From NCBI GenBank assembly GCA_013239625.1, contig MU054323.1, positions 7,553,220 to 7,617,219 on the forward strand: a DNA stretch of 64,000 nt, read 5' to 3'. Shown in pieces: positions 1 to 12,494 of the stretch. Each line of letters starts with the position of its first letter. Within the stretch, counting starts at the first letter, position 1. Below the pieces are notes generated by a model that was not told the DNA's origin, searched no databases, and saw only the letters and a program-made list of their open reading frames with translations. The position numbers were made by a program, and so were the translations under genes. This stretch comes from Lama guanicoe (lineage: Eukaryota).

Positions 1-477
1 GTCCCTGCACTGCACCTAAGTGTTAAGTATGCATCACTCCCCTTGAATCTTTCTGTTCATGTCTTAACTTCCAGGTCTCAGTTACTTCAAAGCATCTAGG
101 TATCAAAACGACTTGTTCAAGTTCACTGTCTCCCAGCAAACTCCTGTCAGTTTTTCTCTGGATGCTCCCTTCATTAAGGAGTCAGAGGTGACTGAGATTG
201 TCACTAATAAGTCCTTAGCTGTAACTAATCAAACTTCCCTCGAGAGAACTAACTTCCCTGCTTATTTCAGGAAAATTCTCGACTATCCTTCCTCTAATAC
301 TTCTTTCCTCTTCTCTTTCAGATTAAAAAAAAAATGACAGAAAAAGCAAACTTTGTAAAACCATAGAGATTGACTTTTTTTTTAACAAATTTGAAAACAG
401 TCTCTAAGTTCCAATAAAAAGGAACTTGTTTATTCATGACTGCACTCCATAACTACCCAGTGCTCTGAATAGCAAAT

Positions 478-580
478 ATAACCCCACAGGGTTATGGCAG
501 CTGTTAAATAAATGATGTAAAGCATTTAGCACAATGCCTGGCACAAAATAAGAGCCTAATAAATGTTAGCTACTATTACT
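478..580 (+). mobile_element. MIR 3' fragment
   Basis: gtaaagcatttagcacaatgcctggcac...aataaatgttagctactatt. Confidence 0.75.
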
Positions 581-1469
581 GACATTATTATGTAACTACT
601 CTCTTGGATGAAGCCTAGATTGGAATTCTATTGGCAAGGCTCCTTTCTCTTAATTTACATTTCTTCTGATTTAAAAGTATAAAAATATAAAGTTGGAAGA
701 AGAGTAAATACTTTGTTATCAATCATTTGCAACATTTTAAATTTGGCATAGAGAAAGGGTTTTAATACAATGAAAGGAGGTAAAGAGGTAGAAATGCAGT
801 GTTCCCAAGGAATCAAAGAATAAAATATAAGAAAACTGGGGGAAAGGAAGACACAAAAAGGAGAAACAGATGCCTCTAGTCTGCTAAAGACAAACCTCAG
901 AGTTTTTCCAAAAACCTGCCATAGGCTGCTTAGTTCATAAGGAGAAAATTTCAGTTCTAAGCAAAGATACTAAACTACTTACCTAATAAGGAAACATTAA
1001 AAGTTAAGAACCAGAAAGGGTACAGTCTTGAAATGACACACAAAACTGTAGTTGTCATAGTCATATTTCAGAAAAAAAAGGTATCCTTGTTAGTTATTTT
1101 TATAGCTAAGCTTGTCCCTAAAAAGTTTTTTTAGAAAGATATATAAGAATTACTATTAATTACTTTTTCAAATGACTTTGGAATTAGTTGGGAGGAAAAT
1201 AAGACCAATTAAATGTGTTCCAACCTAAATCAAATCATTCTATTTTTGTTTGTGCAGTTATGAAAGGTTTAGTCATTATAAGAAACTGTTCAAGAACATG
1301 TGAAACGTCAGACTGGCAAAAAACAGTGAAGTATCTTATGAAGAGCAAGTCTTTCACAGAAATCTTATTGGAAACACATAGTGGTCATATCACCGTGCTC
1401 AGGAATTATGTGGGTAAGCCAAAAGGCAAAATCCAATTTGAACTTGGAACATGAAACAGTCTTGTTTAG

Positions 1470-1710
1470 AGACAGCATGTGGAAAGAACATGGGCTGTGA
1501 GATTGGACCTGGGTTCAAATACCACCTCCACAGCTGATTAGCTGTGTAGCCCTGAACAGGTTTTTAACTCCTCTGTGCTCAATTTCCTCACCCATACACT
1601 GTGATACCACACCTCGCCTCCACACTTGGTAAAGACTAAAGTGTAGCCATGATCTATGAAAATTCCCTGACACACAGTAAGTAGCATCACAATAAATAAG
1701 TCACTGTTAC
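1470..1710 (+). mobile_element. MIR SINE
   Basis: MIR core gacctgggttcaaat...tagctgtgtagccctgaacag...ctctgtgctcaatttcctca. Confidence 0.75.
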
Positions 1711-2149
1711 TTGCAAAAGAAAGTCTCTGGCAAAAGGAGACAGAGCAAGTAGAGATAAAAGGGGGCAGGCAGTAAAGAGTCTAGAAAAAGAAGCCAGGAA
1801 GAAGCTGGAATCGTTAGGGGCTGAAAAAGTCCTTATAGAGTCCCAAAATTTACCAAAAAAAAATTTTATTTACTGAGCCCTATTTGATTACAATGAAGCT
1901 GAGTTACAAGAATATTTAGTCCAAACAGGATTATTGCTGAAATGCTGTAATACATAGCTTATAATGTTATAATATACAGTTTATAGTGTTGTTAATATAC
2001 AAAAACTCAAGACGAAAATGTGTTCTCTTTAAAAGTTTATTTTTTTGTTGTTAAAAATGTATTAACAAGTAAATCATATACAGTATATCTGTTCTCTCAG
2101 TTATCTACAACTCAGAAAGGTCTGCCCTGCTCTTAACATACTAAATGGA

Positions 2150-2445
2150 AAACAATGATAATTTCAACAAATGCCAAAAAAGCCTCAACAAATGTCTCAA
2201 TAAAATTCAACACACAATAAAAAGACAAACCAAGAACAGAAGAAAACTTCCTGAACTTGACAAAGACATCTACCAGAAACCTTCAGTAAGTATCATATCT
2301 AATAGTGGAACACTGGAAGCTTCCCACTCAGGAAAAAGATTTAAATGCCCCTTATCATCACTGCTATTCAACTTTTGCACTGGAGAGTCTAAGCGTTGCA
2401 ATAACACAGAAAACAAGATAAGTGGGATAAAGTTTAGAAAGAAGG
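2150..2445 (+). mobile_element. Old L1 ORF2 fragment
   Basis: taaaattcaacac...atgccccttatcatcactgctattcaac resembles the L1 RT region. Confidence 0.7.
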
Positions 2446-3261
2446 CTGGTCAATTAAGTCTGGTCAAGGTAGCTCTGTAAGTAAACACTCTGATGCATCC
2501 CCTCTGCTCCAAATACACAGGAATAGATAAAATAGTTTAAAACACATTTTTAAGCTACTAAGAAGGCTCAAAAACAACATAACCGTCTACTTGGATCAGA
2601 AACAGAACAGATACACAAAGCTTTGAGCAGGATGGAAGCTACAAGCTTGCTGGACTCTGGGTCTAGAAGCAGGTGGATACTTCCTGTAGGGCGACAGTGA
2701 CACAAAGTGAAGGAGGTAGAGAAACGGGACATCTGAGCCAGACCCACTGCTTAAAGCCAAGGATGAGGTTGGAGCTAAAAGGAAGCTAAAAAGTACTGCT
2801 GCCAGTCTCTGCCTAGAACTGCAGTTTACCTGGTGCTCTGGGCTTAGAAAAGTGAGAAGATAAAAACCCAGCCTCATGACCAAGAATTGAACCAAAACAT
2901 TCACATACTCTCAGTGGATCTAAAATAGCCCCACTTCCTCAAAGAGCGAGACCCTGACCCACCATTATCATATCTGATTTCTTGACTAGAGTTCAGGAAG
3001 TCAGTGGAAGCACCTGAAATGTCACCACACAGAGAAGGTGAGCACAGAAGTAAGAGAAACAAAATCAAAAGTACTCACCCTCAAATGAGTCTGTAAATCA
3101 AAATTTCAAAAAACACATAAAGAAATGTAAGGCTAAGAACGACAGCCAACAAAAGCAACAATTAGAACATAAATTTATACCAGATGTGTAATTTTACACA
3201 ACAGTCTAACAAAGACTTTTTTAAAGTACATTTAGAGTGGCAGGATATATATATTTTTAAT

Positions 3262-4005
3262 TATTGGGAATGTAAAATTTGACAGCCACTTTGGAAGACA
3301 AGCAGTTTCTTACAAAGCTACACATACTCTTACCATACGACCCAGCAATCAAGCTCCTAGGTATTTACCCAAGAGAGTGGAAAACTTATGTCCACACAAA
3401 AACCTGCACATGAATATTTATAGAAGCTTTATTCATAACTGCCAAAAACTAGAAGTAACCAAGGTATCTTCCAACAGATGAATGGATAAACAAGCTGTAG
3501 TACTTTTACACAATAAAATATTATTCAGTAATGAAAAGAAATGAGCTATCAAGTCAAGAAAGGACACAGAGGAAACTTAAAGGCATAATGCTAAGTGAAA
3601 GAAACCAGTCTGAAAGGCTCCAATACTGTATGATCCAAACTAAGTGACATTCAGGAAAAGGAAAAATTACAGATGTAGTAAAATGATCAGTGGTTACCAG
3701 GAGCTCAGTAGGAGGGAGGGAGGAATGAATGGGTGGAATACAAGGGATTCTAGGGCAATGAAATTATTCTGTATGATACTGCAATGACATTACATGAAAT
3801 GTCATATGATAACATTTTGCATTTGTCAAAACCCACAGAACTGTACAACACAAACAGTGAAGCTTAATGTAAACAATGAACTTAAGTTAATAACGTATCA
3901 ATACATATTCATCAGTTGTAACTAATGCAAGACGTCAATAATGAGAAAGTGCACATAAGGAAAAGAGGGTATATAGGAACTCTCTGTACTATCCACTCAT
4001 TTTGA
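3262..4005 (+). mobile_element. L1 (L1MC-like) 3' end
   Basis: acagccactttggaagac...ccatacgacccagcaat...gggtatataggaactctctgtactat. Confidence 0.85.
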
Positions 4006-4044
4006 TCATATGCATTTATGTATATAATTTTTTTTAATTATCAA

Positions 4045-4602
4045 GGACAGTTCCACTTCTGGGTATGCATACAAGAGAGTTGAATGCAGGGACTTGAACA
4101 GTATTTGCACACCCATGTTCATAGCAGCATTATTCACAGTAGCAAAAAAGGTAGAGGCAACCCAAGTGTCTGCTGACGGATGACTGAATAAACAAATATG
4201 ATATATACATGCAACAGTATAATATTCATCCCTAAAAATTAAGGAAATCCTGACACATGCTACAATATAGACGAACTCTGAAGACACGCTAAGTGAAATG
4301 TGCCAGACACAAAAGGACAAATATTGTATGATTCCGCTTATATGAGGTAACTAAGAGTAGTCAAACTCACAGAGACAGAAAGCAGAATGGTGGCTGCCAG
4401 GGCCTGGTGGGGAAGAAAGAATGGGGAGTTAATGTTTAATGGGTACAGAGTTTCAGCTGAGAAAGATAAAAATGTTCTGGAGATGGATAGTGATGGTTGT
4501 TCAACAATGTAAATGTACTTAACGCCACCGAACTGTACAATTAAAAATGGTTAAAATAGTATACTGTATGTTATGGGTATTTTAGCACACTAAAAAAAAA
4601 AA
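4045..4602 (+). mobile_element. L1 (L1MA/MB-like) 3' end with A tail
   Basis: cacccatgttcatagcagcattattcacag...aaaaatggttaaaat, followed by poly(A). Confidence 0.85.
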
Positions 4603-4619
4603 GAGTTGAGAAAAAGTAC

Positions 4620-5505
4620 TTTAAAACTGGTTATCCAAAATGAAAAAAAAATCGTTTCTCTTCATTATACCATATAGAAGTTCTACACAGAAAGCAAAAC
4701 TTTTTAAAAATTTTTAGAAGAAAATACAGATATATATATAATTCATACCCTGGGGCAGAGAAAATTTACTTAAACCAGAGACACAGAAACCATTTTTTTT
4801 AATTTAATGGAAATTTTTTTCGTAAGTATAACATTAAACTTTTAAATGTGTATACGACCAAAGCCATTGTTAACAAAGGGAAAAGGCAAGCCTCAGAGTG
4901 GCAGGATGCTTTGGCAACATATAAATCCATCAATGAATTAATATTCAAAGTAACCTAACTGTCTGTCAGTGAGTGAAGGATACATAAACAGTGATGTAAG
5001 TCTACAACTGAACACTACTCAGCATTTAAAAACAAATGAACTAGATCCACAAGTAGCAATGTGGTTAAGTCTCCATCAATTAATTTAAAAGTGCACCCCT
5101 TTGACCCAGCAATTCTACTTTCCACTCACTGCAGCAGTGTGTAAAATGGCAAACAGCTTTAAGGGCCATTAATGAGGAGAGGGTAAATAAACTACAGTAC
5201 AATACATACTGCATAAGGGATTGTGTAGCAGTCAAGAAGAATCAGGCAGATCTTTATGTGCCATCATGGAAAGATCACAGATGCCCTGCTAGAAAAAAAG
5301 TTGCAGACCAATGTGTACAGTTTCATGTCATTACTGCGGGTGTGGAGGAAAACCCTAGTTTTTTCTGTATTATCTATATATAGATGAAAATGTATAGAGA
5401 AAGATCTGGAAGAATCCCAACAAACTGATAACTCCAGTTTCGGCGGAGAAGGGAGTGGGTCAGCGGCTTTCATTCTGTCTTTACTGTCTGAGTATTTTCT
5501 AAGAG
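4620..5505 (+). mobile_element. Degraded L1ME-like fragments
   Basis: tttgacccagcaattctactt and other L1 3' motifs, highly diverged. Confidence 0.55.
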
Positions 5506-5779
5506 TGTGCATTCATGAGCCATCTGCAGAGCTGCAGTACGCAGCCACAGGCTGTGCCCGCAACAACCCCAGGAGCAGCCATTCACAGGGACTCCAATGC
5601 GACTGGTATCCCCTAAAGTTGGGCAGCACACCTCCTGCACTAGAGGCCACAGTTATGCCTATGTAATTAGAAATAAATAAAATGAGAGAGGATAAGAGTA
5701 CTGACTGCAAACCAGCTTGAGGGAGTTTCTGGGATGATGTAAATTTCTGTATCTTGATTGGGATGGTAGGTACAAAGTA

Positions 5780-6086
5780 TAGACAGTCTGTAACTTACAA
5801 TGGTTTGGATCACAAGTAAACAACTGAGATACTCACAACCATTCTGTACTCATACAACCATTCTGCTTTTCACTTACAGTACAGCATTCAATAAATTACG
5901 TGAGACATTCAACACTTTATCATAAAATAGGCATTGTGTTAGATGCTTCTGCCCAACTGGAGGCTAATGTAAGTATTCTGAGCATGTTTAAGGTAGGCTA
6001 GGCTAAGATGCATTTTCAACGTACTACACTTTCAACTTACAATGGGTTTATCTGATGTAACCCCACCATAAGAGTAGGAAGCTCTG
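5780..6086 (-). mobile_element. MER47/Tigger5-like DNA transposon inserted in an L1 3' end
   Basis: gttagatgcttctgcccaactggaggctaatgtaagtattctgagcatgtttaaggtaggctaggctaag; degenerate terminal inverted repeats; TA flanks. Confidence 0.8.
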
Positions 6087-6187
6087 TATATACATTTTTC
6101 AAACTCATCCAACTCTGCATGGGACATCTGTGCGTTTTATGACGTGAAAACCATACACCAATAAAGTTGATTTAGAAATAAATATAA

Positions 6188-6314
6188 GGGGGGAGGGTAC
6201 AGCTCAGTGGTAGAGTGTGTGCTTAGCATGCATGGGGTCCTGGGTTCAATCCCCAGTAACTCCATTAAAAAATAAATAAACAAATGCCTAATTACCTCTC
6301 CCCTCCCCCTCAAA
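6188..6314 (+). mobile_element. Camelid Vic-1-like tRNA-derived SINE
   Basis: ggggagggtacagctcagtggtagag...gggttcaatcccc (A and B boxes); TSD agaaa(t/c)aaatataa at 6174-6187 and 6315-6328. Confidence 0.88.
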
Positions 6315-7167
6315 AGAAACAAATATAAATTAAATTCATAAATTAAAAAAAACATAATATCACAGAGAAAATCTGGAACAAGGCATACAAAATTATAGGA
6401 CCTAGGCATTCCAAAAGAACTAGCAGACAGCTGCTAGCTGCACTCTCAAGTACACAGCCCTAAAACTAAAGAGAAATAAACTTAGTTCTTCAAGGCTTAC
6501 TACACAATGCCAAATTTGAATTAACATTTTATTTTTATACAAGGAAATATAGGTCCTGAGAGATTTATATTAAACACATAAAATAAATGGTAACTTGGCA
6601 TTTGATTGGTTCTAAGTCTAACCTTCTAATGAAGTAGAAATTTTGTCTCTCAAGCATACTGGACACTCAAAACTCCTGCCAGCACTACCTTGACTACACA
6701 ACCCCCTTCAAAGGTAATTCCACTTATGTATGATAAAAATCCTCCCAGAACTCATAAAAGGTCAAGTTTTGATTTGGCAGACAAAGTAACCCAACAGGCA
6801 CTGCAACCCAGGCACCTGAAACAGCAGCCTGGAGCTAGGGAGCCCAGAAATCCAAGCACGGCAGAGAAAAGGCAGAATCCCCGCCCTTACAGAAGAGCTG
6901 AGATTTATCCTCTCACTACAGATCTAAGATCCAAGAATCAGGATGAAAATGAAAGAATGTTCTCTAGAACTCTCCATCCTCAAGTGATACAAAAGAGAAG
7001 GGCTAGAATGGGATGATTTGAAGCAAAGGCCCAAGGAGTAGGCTCCTGGCCGCCAACAGGCAATAAAGATGTGAAGGCGGCAGCCAGGCCACCAGATACC
7101 ACCACTCCATCACCTTAGCCACTGCTTTAAATGCCCAGACCCAAGAACCTGGGTTACCTTACATGGC

Positions 7168-7198
7168 AAAAACAAACAAACAAACAAACAAAACAAAA
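7168..7198 (+). repeat. (AAAC)n microsatellite
   Basis: aaaacaaacaaacaaacaaacaaaacaaaa. Confidence 0.9.
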
Positions 7199-7284
7199 CC
7201 TGAGGAACAAGGGAAGTCCATCAGCCATCCCTAACACCAGATTGATCAACAGTGCTAGGTGTAAATAGAGCATGGTTCTATGCT

Positions 7285-7400
7285 CGGTTCATTCACTCAT
7301 GCAATAGGTAGGTATTCAGTGCCTGCTGTGGGTCAGGCACTGTTCGTGTCATTGAGGATTTAGCAGTTAATGGTCATGGAGCTTCATTCTACGTGGCAAG
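7285..7400 (-). mobile_element. L2 3' end fragment
   Basis: ttcattcactcat...tattcagtgcctgctgtgggtcaggcactg. Confidence 0.65.
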
Positions 7401-8029
7401 GAAGGGAACTTCTTACCTCTTTCCAACCTCCTGTTCCTTTCTCTTTTCTTTCTTTTTTTTTTTCTTTCTCTTCCTTTAAATGTTACACAGAAGTGCTTTC
7501 AAAACTCTTCCAAATTCCTCCCACGAGCTTCTTTGACCCTCCTGCTTTAATCCCCAAACCAAGCAATTTAATGGCTCCAATTTCCCATTACTCGGAAAAA
7601 GAGACCTAAAGTAATTAAGGGATGAGACAAAATTCAATGCTGCTTTGTATTTTATAGGCGTAACTTCATAACCAAATTGTCAGCACCTAAATAGCAAATG
7701 ATAGTTGCGTTTTACACAATTTTGTGGCCCCAGTGCTGACCACGGCTTTCTACCCACGAGAGCTAATCAATAAACGTCTGCTGAGAATGCTGGAAGGTCT
7801 TCCTAATCCCAAGGCCTGGCACAGGAATTTAACAGCAAGCATTTGTTAGCTACATCCTCCCTCCTCTCAGGACACTTTCCTTTAAAGGGTGACCTCAGTG
7901 CACAGGTTCAATGCTAGGCGTCTCGGGAAATAGTGTTTTGGGATGATATGAATTCCCTTCCCTCTGCCAGGGCCTGCCTGCCTCACCTGCCCTCTGCCAG
8001 GACCTGCCTCCTTCGCCCCCTTCAACACC

Positions 8030-8950
8030 TAACGCAGAGCCTCTTCCCAGCGAGCCGGGCTCCAGCAGCATCAGCCCGGCGCCTGCACCCCGGCTCCCCG
8101 CCTGGCGGCCACAGTGCGCCGGGGACCTCGGAGCCCCCTTCCCAGCCCCGGGCTCAGAGCCCGGCAACGCCGGCCCGGGTCTCCGCTCCATCCCCTCCGC
8201 TCGCCCCTCCAAGGCCGGGAGCGCGGCGCCGTCTCCGCGCACAGCGCGGGCGGTGCAGCGGCCCCGGCTCCCCGCGCGCCGTCTCCCCGCTCCCTGCCCT
8301 GCGACCCCGCAGGCTCCCGAGGTGCGGGGGCTGTGCGGACTTCTCGCTCCTAGCGGGCGCGAGGCTCCGGCACCGCGCTCCTCTCTTGCAGACTGCGGCG
8401 GCCGCCGCCGCAGATCCCTGCCGTACTCACTTCCCGGCCGGAGCTGGGGGGCGTTGAGAAGGTCTCCGGCGGCCGCAGCCTCCTCCGCCTCCTCCGGCCC
8501 GGCCCCCGCGGCTGAGGCGGCGGCGGCGCCCGCTCAGGCCCCGGAGCCGCCCCCGCGGCGAACGTCCACAGGCGCCCGGCTCGCGCCGCTTCCCCGCCCG
8601 GCACGCGCAGCGAGCCCGCCCCCGGCGCGAGGGCGCGAGGGCGCAGGGCGGGAGGCGGGCACGCGCCGCCTGCGCGAGCGCGCGGCTTGGGGCAGGGCTT
8701 CCGCCGCGCCGAGGAGGGGGCGGGCCAGTGGGCCGAGTTCCCCTCGAGCCCCGCCCCCCGCGGCCGGGCGAGACCCGCCGCCCCAGCTCGCCCTCAGGCT
8801 TCCCGGCGAGGAGGGGGGGGGTGGAATTTGCCCCCTGCTGGCTCCTCCCGCGAGGCAGCGGCGGCCGGCGGAGGTGCGCTTCAACTCCACAGGTATGTGC
8901 CCCGCCAGCTGGATGCTCGACCCGACGTGACTACAAGGTGAAGAATGCAA
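8030..8950. promoter_or_regulatory. CpG island promoter, probably of DTNB
   Basis: Very high GC and CpG density; GC boxes (ggggcggg ~8717, ccccgccccc ~8749); NRF1-like cgcctgcgc ~8667. Confidence 0.9.
8431..8600 (-). other. DTNB: Non-coding first exon, probably DTNB (dystrobrevin beta); 5' end approximate
   Basis: Donor GAA|GTGAGT at 8431/8430 inside the CpG island. Identity rests on the recalled ASXL2-DTNB tandem minus-strand synteny; no coding exon is in the window. Confidence 0.65.
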
Positions 8951-9017
8951 AGAACCACCCCCGTGAATCATTCATGCGCTCCTCGAGCACAAGACCCTGC
9001 CCTGAGTGCTTTTTCCA

Positions 9018-9330
9018 AATCAATTCAACTCAGCAACTGTTTGCTGAGCACCGACTCCATGCCTAGCGCTGTAGCGCTGTACCAGGTGCTGTGTGGGTAC
9101 ACCGTCACGGTCACGGTCTCTGGTCTCGAGGAGCACATAACTTAGTGGAAAAGCAGCCGTGTAAACAGCCAGGTCTGGTGACCCATGCAAAGCCAAGCCA
9201 TAGTGAGATGCTGTGGAGGGCATAAGAGGAAGAGATTACTTCCGCTTGGACGATGCGGAGGGGTTCCTGGAAAAGGTGGCATTTGTGTTCCGCCAGCAAG
9301 GAGGAAAAAGAGAGAAGTTCTAGGAGAAAA
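9018..9330 (-). mobile_element. L2 3' end fragment
   Basis: tcaattcaactcagcaactgtttgctgagcaccgactccatgcc. Confidence 0.55.
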
Positions 9331-10814
9331 AAAAAGAGAGGGCATCAAAGGTTAGGTAAACAGCTTGGGCAAAGGAATAGAGAGTAGCCAAGGTTTACCA
9401 TCTCAGCATCAGCTTTTTTGTCTTAATATCCGTTTTTGATAGAATCCTTTCCAAACTGTGTGAAACAGGAGATGATGCCAAATGAGGAACAGCAAAGCTT
9501 TTTTTTAACGACTGGAAGGATAATTTTTCTCAACATTATTTAAGGCTCAACACAGCAGTGTCCTTTAAGGATTTTTGACATCTTAGCGAAGGATGTAAAT
9601 CCCTAAGCTAAGAGAGTCCAGGCCTGTATGCTTTGAATCTGGTTTTTCATTGCCTTTTGGCGACTTATGGTAAGGCAGATAGTGCCATCTCCTGCTGTCT
9701 GCCCGCCTGCCTCCCTTTAGAACATCCTCTTCCTCCTCCTCTCATTTTCCAATTTTAAACTCCTATAGTGAAGGAAATGCTGGTAACCTACTTTGTTAAG
9801 TGAGAGTAAACAGGTTCCTCAAAAAAAAAAATTGACATCGCCTATCACACATGGATTTTTGTGACATTTTGCCTGCTCAGAAGACTTTTCACTTGGATGC
9901 AGAGTCGTAACTATGTTTTGAATATTTTAAGATATTCGGAACCCAGGTTAGAGACATTTTGTTTATTCACTTACAACTTGAGGACCAGCTACATGGGAGG
10001 CATTGAAAGGATAAAACATTGATCTTGTCCTTTGGAGAAAAGATGTGTAAATGATGTAAAATAAATTTGTGAATATTGCTTGCTGTGTTAGCCCTATTGA
10101 TTGAAACCACAGTAATTTCAGTGTGTGGGCTGGCAATTCTGGGAATAACCACCTTAAATAAACTCTTACTAGCATTTCTCCACCTTGGTTCTGTATTTCA
10201 CCACCTCTCACATCCTCAGAAAACTTCTTTCAAACATATCTCAATCATCCTCCCCTCCATCACTCCCAAAGTTATCCATTTATTTTACCTCCTTGTCCTT
10301 TTCCTTCATTTTCTATTCATATTCAAGCTTTTCCTGTTCTAAAGAAAAAGGAAGAAACCACTCTGTCACTCTAGATTGTGCTCTGGTTACTACTCTCTCC
10401 CTGCCTTTTCCTTCACAAATGTCTTGAAGGTAGTTTACACTCATCTCTGTCAACTCAACACCTTCTCCCTCCCCAACCCATGGCTGTGTAGCTTCTGTCC
10501 CCATCACATCCCTGCACTGCTCTCGGTCATGGTTTCTTTCTCTCTTTGTAATGTCACTTGAATACAAGCAAAGAATGTCCAGCATATATGGAGCTGAAGT
10601 TTCACATATGTTAAAACTCTAATCTAAGAAACTTGCTGGAAAAAAGAAAATATAAACCTACAAAATGAAAGGGCTCACAAGTACTGGGGGAAATGACCCC
10701 AGAATGACCAATTCTGATAGCTAGCCTCTTAAAACTATTGGGAATAATAATAATAAATCTTCAAGACCTCCATGCAAAAAGCTCAAATTATTTAAAAGGG
10801 TAAGAAAACTAGGC

Positions 10815-11605
10815 TGCAGTACATTAAAGATGGCTGTAAATTCTTTTTTTTAATTTTTAATTTTTTTAAATGTAAGTATAGTCAGTTTTCAATGTGTCAA
10901 TTTCTGATGTACAGCATAGTTTCAGTCATATATACATATATATATATTTGTTTTCATATTCTTTTTCATTGTAGGTTACTACAAGATATTGAATATAGTT
11001 CCCTGTGCTATACAATAGAAACTTGTTGTTTATCTATTTTATATATAGTAGTTAGTATCTGCAAATCTTGAACTCCCAATTTATCCTTGCCCATCCCCTG
11101 TCCCCCTTGGTAACCATAAGTTTGTTTTCCATGTCTGTGAGTCTGTTTCTGGCTGTAAATTCTTTATCTCTTCTTTTGATCCAGGCTGGCCTAAGTGAAT
11201 TGCCTGACCAACAGAATGTGTAATGTTATGGACTTCCAAAGCTAGGTCAGAAGAGTCTTGAAGAATCCACCTGGGTCCACAAGGGAACACTTGCCTTTAA
11301 AGCCCTGAGCCACTATATAAAATATCTAACTCCCTGGGGAGAGCATCTGCGCCTACATGGACAGCAAGAGGGGCCTACCTGATTCCAGCTGATACGAGTG
11401 AAGTCATCATGCATTTTCTCTATCAGTCCAGTTACCAGCTGAATACCACTGAGGAGCCGCAGTTGAAGCCACGTGGAACAGAAGAATCATCCAGCCAAAT
11501 CCTACCTGAAATCCTGACCCCAAGGATTGTAAAATTACAATCTAAAAGGTTCTTACTTCAGCCGTTCCTTTTAGGGTAGGTAGTTGTTACAGAATCTAGT
11601 AACCA
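10815..11605 (+). mobile_element. MLT1-type MaLR LTR, interrupted by an L1 and set within old L1 ORF1 remnants
   Basis: aaagatggctgtaaattctt...tgaccaacagaatgtg...acttccaaagctaggtcag...ttttagggtaggtagttgttac. Confidence 0.75.
10847..11149 (-). mobile_element. 5'-truncated artiodactyl-type L1 3' end
   Basis: Perfect 16-bp TSD tggctgtaaattcttt at 10831-10846 and 11150-11165; poly(T); aagatattgaatatagttccctgtgctata. Confidence 0.9.
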
Positions 11606-11838
11606 GGTATTTGGCATCAGACTTCTCAAGAGCAAAGGAAGGCAACAGTGATGCAGCAGTTTCAGCATTTTCTAAAAACTCAAGGAAAGAAGATGCAAGC
11701 TAAGGATTTTATATCCATCCATCCATGCTGTTTTTTAAGCATCAAAAGCTATATAAAAAAAAGAAAGAAAAATATTTTTTAAATGCAAGAACTCAAAAAA
11801 TACTATGCACATAAGCCCATACTAAGTAGCTACTAGAG

Positions 11839-12041
11839 CAGGGGTCAGCAAGTTTTTTCTAAAGAACCAGAGAGTAAATATTTTGAGTTTGCAGACTTAA
11901 CTATTCAACCCTGCCAGCCAGCACAAAAGCAGCCATAAATAATATGCAAATAGGTGGGTGTGGCTATGTCCGGAATAAACTGGATTTACAAAACTAGGCA
12001 GCAAGCTAGATCTGGCCATGGGTTGCAGTTTGCCACTCCTA
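11839..12041 (+). mobile_element. MER58A-like hAT-Charlie element
   Basis: caggggtcagcaag...tttgccactccta; perfect 8-bp TSD tactagag at 11831-11838 and 12042-12049. Confidence 0.88.
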
Positions 12042-12136
12042 TACTAGAGGAAAAGAAAGAAAGTTATTTCTTTCAAAAAAAGCACAAGGCCCATATGATT
12101 TAAGAATATAATCATACTGTGGCCAAGTGGGTTTTA

Positions 12137-12494
12137 TGTATTAATTTGGTAGAACTACCATAACAAAGTACCACAGACTGGCCTAGAGAACAGAAGCTTG
12201 TCTCCCCAGAATTCTGGAGGCTAGAGGTTCAAGAACAGCCTTGCGTTTGCACAGTCAGCAGGGTTGATTTCTTCAGAGGCCTCTCTCCTTGGCTTGTAGA
12301 TAGTCGCCTTCTCCCTGTGTTTTCACATGGTCTTCCCTTTGTGCTGTGTCTGTGTCCTAATCTCCTCTTATAAGGACACCAGTCATATTAGAGTAGGGCC
12401 CACCCTAAGGACCTCATTTTAACTTAGTTATCTCTTTAAAGACTTTATCTGCAAATATGGTCACATTCTGTGGTAATGGTTAGGACTTCAACAA
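12137..12494 (-). mobile_element. MLT1A/B-like MaLR LTR
   Basis: cataacaaagtaccacagactgg...ctcttataaggacaccagtcatatt...taggacttcaaca. Confidence 0.85.

Noticed and set aside
6188..6262. tRNA-like sequence with A and B boxes (also 20520, 25571, 37990)
   Set aside because: SINE heads with A-rich tails and, in three cases, TSDs; not tRNA genes
7895..9066. Many overlapping 80-225 aa ORFs on both strands
   Set aside because: Stop codons are scarce in a CpG island; the products are low-complexity Pro/Arg/Ala/Gly with no recognisable domain
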